DNA of 58,690 nucleotides from Priapulus caudatus (Eukaryota). The notes under the pieces were generated by a model, which saw only the letters and a program-made list of their open reading frames with translations, ran no database searches and had not been told where the DNA came from. The position numbers and the translations under genes were made by a program. Below are positions 53,137 through 58,690 of the stretch, in pieces (within the stretch, counting starts at the first letter, position 1; the number at the start of each line of letters is the position of its first letter). Location: contig NW_014577091.1 of assembly GCF_000485595.1 (NCBI RefSeq), positions 673,988 through 732,677 on the forward strand, written 5' to 3'.

Positions 53137-56100
53137 TTGGTGTGTTGTGTGTGTGTGTGCCTCGCTGTGTCGCGCGGCGGATGTGTGGTGTGTGTGGTGG
53201 TGTGTGTGTGTGTGTGGTGTTGTTGCGCGTGGTGGTGATGTGTGTGATGTGTGTGTGTGTGTGTGGTGTGTGTGTGTGTGTGGCGTGGCGTGCGTGGTGG
53301 TGTGCGTGGTGCTTGCGTATGCATATGCGTGTACGTTGTATTTGTGTGCGCGCGGGTGTCAGTGTGTGATGTTACACACAGCGCTGTCGTGCGACAGCTG
53401 AGGAGAGGGGGGCGGAGAGACTAGACAGGTTGATCATGCCTGCATTATCACGGTACGCTACTATAAATCACACCTCGAATTTATTTCTTAAGGATGTCTT
53501 ATCTACTTTACTTTCGCTCTCACGATGCACGGCCATTAAATTTAATGCAGGCGATCCTTAATTAGCAAAAGTTCGTTAACCGTCAGACCGCTGGCCAGCA
53601 TCGCTTTCTGATGTGTGGCAGTAGCAGCCAAGCCTCACGCCGCGTATATACTCCGCAGCGGTAGTTGCGGTTCACCTCTCGCGTACTACAGGACCGTCAG
53701 TGGTTGGCAGATAAGCGCGCGATATTTCGGTGCGGCCCAAGGGTTAAGTAAATATTTACGGAGATAAATTGCAGATACCTCAACGATAGAGACAGTTACT
53801 GTCATGCTGCCCGGGCCGCTTCCCGGGCCCGTGTTGTGCCTGCTCTTGTCAGCAACTACAATACGCCTTCACTCTGCCCACGTACTGATAAAACGTTACG
53901 TGCCCTATCTGCCTGTAGGTGCGTGCGTCTCCCTCTACCTTCCTCTGCTACCGGATACCGTGAAGGGTTCCTGTAATCGTTGGCTACGTCGGATATAGAC
54001 CCCCTTCTCCGCTGCCCTAAACCCCTTTAGTTTTGCGCTGCATGCCTGCACAATATATGGTGATAGGAACGTTGCCACCTCTTTTCATCGCCATACCCCC
54101 CCCCCATTCCTGATTCCTCCGTCCCCTCCTTGCTTCTGCATACTGCTTCTCGACTCAGCAGTAGTATATTATAATATCAATGGTTGGTATAAAGACCTCA
54201 ATCATAGCTGCTGGATAAAAAATCGTCTGGCCGGCGCGGAATACGCCCCCACCAGCCCATTGTTCGCACACTGTTTATCTACGCTCTAGTGTTGAAATAC
54301 CCGCCCGATAAGTAATAATCGAGGGGGCTCTGATCTGTCAATAGCCGCTACTGCCAGTAGTATCAGTTATCAGGGTAACAGTAGCAGTAAACACAGTAGA
54401 ATCAGTTAGCAGCGGCGGAGGCGGCGGCGGCAGCAGCAATAGCAAGCAAGAGTAGCCAGTTAATATTATTATTGGTAGTACTGTGAGTATTGAGTAACTA
54501 GTATTCAGTATTAGTATTAGCTATTAGTCTTAGTTTAGTATTATGTATTAGTATTTTAGATTCATTAGGATATTAATATAGTGATTGTATTTGTGTTTTT
54601 AACGAGAAGAAGTAAGTGTAGTAGTTGATTGATTCGCAGTTTTATAAGAGAAGTAGTAGTTGATGAGAGCGATAGCACGCAGCGAGCACAGTCGACGCAG
54701 CACAGGGTATGTCAGTTGTCAGCTGGTAGTAGTAGGGTTTAGTAGTAGTCTGAGTAGTATGTAAGTGAGTCAGTAGTAGGTAGTAGCGCAGCAGCAGCGC
54801 CGTACGCGCTTGACCAGAGCAGCAGCAGAGCAGTAGTAGTAGTGTTGTAGGTGGTGTAGTAGTAGTAGTAGTGTGTAGTTAGTAGTAGTAGTAGCAGCAG
54901 CCAGGCGGTAGCAGCTAGCAAGCAGTAGTAGTAGTCAGTGAGTAAGTAGTAAGTGTAGTAGTAGTAGTAGTAGTAGTAGTAGCTAGAGTAGTAGCATAGC
55001 AGCAGCAGCAGTTCGGCAGCAGCAGCGCAGCAGCAGCGAGCAGCAGCACAAGTAGAGTAGTAGTAGGACAGCAGCAGCAGTCAGTAGCAGCAGCGCAGTG
55101 AAACAAGAGAGGAGTAGCGAGCGCAGCAGTAGCGTAGCGCGCAGCAGCGGACAGCGCAGGAAGAGACGAAGGCTCAGATGAGTAGGAGGATGGGATAGAT
55201 AGTTCTGAGTACATGATGAGTGGGAGGATGGGATAGATAGTTCTGAGTACATGATGAGTGGGAGGATGGGATAGATAGTTCTGAGTACATGATGAGTGGG
55301 AGGATGGGATATCTAGCTAGGAGTACGTGACAGTAGGAGGTTCAAGGATGAATACTGTGTATATTCAAGAAGATGGTAGATTTAGCAGCGATGTTTCATC
55401 TGCTTACGCTCTCCTGCCCCGATCTTTGTTTCACACGCTCTTTCATCGTCTTTTTTCTCTCTCCCATCTCACCCTCTTCCTCTCTATCTTTCTCGCTGTG
55501 TCGCCATCCTTACTCTCCTCCTGCGCGCTCTCTGCGTTCGCGCTCTTGCTCTGCTCCTATTGGGCCGTCCCATGCTCGCGCTAGACCTGCGTTTATTGCC
55601 CCTGATATTGCCTAGCTGGCTGGCGGCGGCAGCTCAGTCAAACACACACACATACAAGCTTCGCACGCAGTGAATGAGAGCGAGCGCAAGAGCGAGAGAT
55701 GAGAGCTTATACTGACTGCGTGTTACTGTAAGTTTTCTCAACGTTTTTCACATCGGCGTGCACGCTAGATCAGATCATGCTGCGCGGTGCTCGTTGTTAG
55801 CAATAGAGCAACGGCCCCCGCATTCAGTGGCAGTCAAGAGTTATCTTCATCGTCATCATCCGTATTTGTGTAATAGGTATGTACGTGTTCGTATACAGCC
55901 TCGGCTGTATAGTTTTCGCAGTTATAGTTTGCGCGGACTCTACTCCGGTTAGTTTTATTGTCGGTATTACTCGGAGGAATATATTATTTACTTATTCAAC
56001 TTATTATACTCGTGTGAACTCGGATGTGCGGGTATGCGCCCGTGTGCATACGTGTGTTTTCTCACGTACACACGCGGATATGATATTATATACTCGGTAA

Positions 56101-57194
56101 TAGACACGCACGTGTAGTGCGTGCGTGCGTGTGTGTCTGTGTGTATGTGAGTGTGCGGACGTGGTGTGTGTGGGTGTGCATGCGTGCCTGGATGGGTGCA
56201 TTCGTCTGTGAGTGTGTGCGTGCATTAGCGAGCGTGTGTAGTAGCAGTATACATGTACGTGTATGCAGCATCCATGTACCATAGATTTGTGTGTAAATAC
56301 GTGCACATACACAGCAACAGGAGTATGTAAACATATAGATAGTGCCCTGCACGTGTTTGTATGTCGGCATGTTTGTAAAATTAATATGTTTGAAGTTAAA
56401 TCGGATACACATGGTCCCTTTTCTTTACTTACCTCAACCGCTGGCTGTGTCGGTCTGAATCCTTTCATTAATTGTTGTTGTTTTATGCTTCTATAATTGT
56501 ATGTGCATCTATTTCCTTCTTTTTTCTTCGCTATCTTTCTCTCTCGCTTTCGCTATATATATATATATATATATATATATACTATATTATGTATATATAT
56601 ATACATATATACTATATATATATATATATGATATATTATATATATATATATATATAATAATATATTAATAATATCAGTCGCAGTCTCTCGCCTTATTTCT
56701 CTATGTTGCCCGACCCTGCCTCCGCCGCTCTCCTTAATTTCGTCTTTATTTGTCCATCTTTCCCTCTCTCTGTATTCTCTGCTCCAGTTCTATCCCTTTT
56801 AAATTCCACTCGTCTCGTCTCTTGTCTCTCACCGTGCTCGTTTTACATGTCTCATTCGATACCCGCTCTCCTCTCTCCCTCCCGCTCTTTATCTAACGCT
56901 CCCGCCGCTGCGCATTCTGTTGTACACTCTCACCTAATTTCAGACTCACTTTTTGCGCATTCTAAGATTTCAACTTCCTGCCTTTTTGTTTTGATATTTT
57001 GTTTTAGAGCAATGAGGCAGAACATCATCGTCACCATCACCGTCGTAGTGCTGGCTATATGTTGCTGACTGAATGCCAGGCGGGTGACACATGTCGTCGA
57101 GGATGGACCCGCCACACGCAGGTCGCGCAAGGCAGCCTGGTGAGGGTGAGGCGAGTGTCGTGTGTGTGTGTCTGTGTGTGTGTGTGTGTGTGTG

Positions 57195-57229
<35 letters not shown>

Positions 57230-57251
57230 TGTGTGTGTGTGTGTGTGTGTG

Positions 57252-57289
<38 letters not shown>

Positions 57290-58439
57290 GTGTGTGTGTG
57301 TGTGTGTGCGTGGGTGCGTGGGTGTGCGTGGGTGTGCGTATGCATATGCGTGTACGTGTATGTGTGTGCGCGCGGGTGTCAGTGTGTGATTGTTAACACA
57401 GCGCTTCGTGCGACAGCTGAGAGAGGGGGCGAGAGACTAGACAGTTGATATTGCCTGCATTACTCCACGTACGCTATATAACTTACACCTCGAATTTTTT
57501 CCTCTAAGATGTCTTATCACTTTACTTTCGCTCTCACATGCCACGGCCATTAATTGCTAATGCAGGCGATCTTAATTAGCAAAGTCGTTAACCTCAGACA
57601 CGCTGCCAGGCATCGCTTCTGTGTGTGCATGTAGCCAGCCAGCCTCACGCGCGTATATACTCCCGCAGTGCGCTTCACCTTCCGCGTACTACAGACCCGT
57701 CAGTGGTTGGATATAAGCGCGGATATTTCGGTGCGGCCCAAGGGTTAAGTAAATATTTACGGAGATAAATTGCGATACCTCAACGATAGAGACAGTTACT
57801 GTCATTGCTGCCCGGGCGCTCCCGGCCCCGTGTTGTGGCCTGTCTGTCAGCAACTACATACGCCTTCACTCTGCCCACGTACTGTAAACCGTACGTGTCC
57901 CTATCTGCCTGTAGGTGCGTGCGTCTCCCTCTACCTTCCTCTCTACCTATACCGTAAGGGGTTCCTTCATCGTTGGCTACGTCGGATATAGACCCCCTTC
58001 TCCGTGCCCTAACCCCTTTATTTTGCCTGCATGCCTGCATATATGGTAATAGGAACGTTGCCACCTCTTTTCTCATCGCCATAACCCCTCCCCCCCATCC
58101 TGTTCCTCCTCCCCTTCCTTCTTCTGCATACTGCTTCTCGACATCAGCAGTCGTTATTATAATATCAATGGTTTGCGTATAAAGACCTCAATTCATGACT
58201 GCTGATAAAAATCGTCTGCGCGCGGAATACGCCCCCACCAGCCCATGTGTGCACACTGTAATCTACGCTCTAGTGTTGATACCGCCCGATAAGCTAATAA
58301 CGAGGGGGCTCTGATCTGTTAACAATAGCCGCAGCTGCAGTAGTATCAGTATCAGCGGTAACAGTAGCAGTAACAACAGTAGAATCAGTAGCAGCGGCGG
58401 AGGCGGCGGCGGCAGCAGCAATAGCAGCAAGAGTAGCAG

Positions 58440-58601
58440 TAATATTATTATTGGTAGTACTGTAGTATTAGTATTAGTATTAGTATTAGTATTAGTATTA
58501 GTATTAGTATTAGTATTAGTATTAGTATTAGTATTAGTATTAGTATTAGTATTAGTATTAGTATTAGTATTAGTATTAGTATTAGTATTAGTAGTAGTAG
58601 T

Positions 58602-58690
<89 letters not shown>
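58440..58690. repeat. (AGTATT)n, (AGC)n and (AGT)n compound microsatellite
   Basis: Visible directly; a noisy counterpart lies at ~54450-55170. Confidence 0.95.

Larger units (their letters stand above)
51120..58690. repeat. Tandem duplicate pair, ~51120-55175 (mostly indel-rich) and ~55310-58690 (cleaner)
   Basis: Colinear throughout. 52555-53040 and 56678-57163 appear identical. Confidence 0.9.

Overview
Eukaryotic, invertebrate-animal-type draft genomic DNA: spliced genes, many microsatellites and N gaps. Two genes are supported. (1) The last two coding exons of an acetyl-CoA synthetase, most like ACSS1 (+ strand, 1488-1609 and 2324-2560). (2) A complete two-exon NK2.1/NKX2-1 (scarecrow-class) homeobox gene on the - strand (CDS 32372-31970 + 28366-27585, 394 aa), tail-to-tail with the synthetase. 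The rest is micro/minisatellites, a few small non-autonomous transposon-like elements and many kb-scale tandem near-duplicates. The transposon-like elements are a Helentron/DINE-1-like element, a 38-bp hAT-like palindrome with an 8-bp TSD, and a foldback inverted repeat just 3' of the NK2.1 stop. In most duplicates one copy is full of 1-bp indels and several end at exactly 25 Ns, so most of them look like long-read gap-filling or haplotype artefacts rather than biology. I did not find a convincing new biological system. The best leads are the foldback in the probable NK2.1 3' UTR, the ACSS1-NK2.1 linkage, the 38-bp palindrome, a possible polymorphic Helentron insertion and an orphan candidate exon. 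Coordinates of repeats and duplicated blocks are approximate; exon boundaries were counted exactly.
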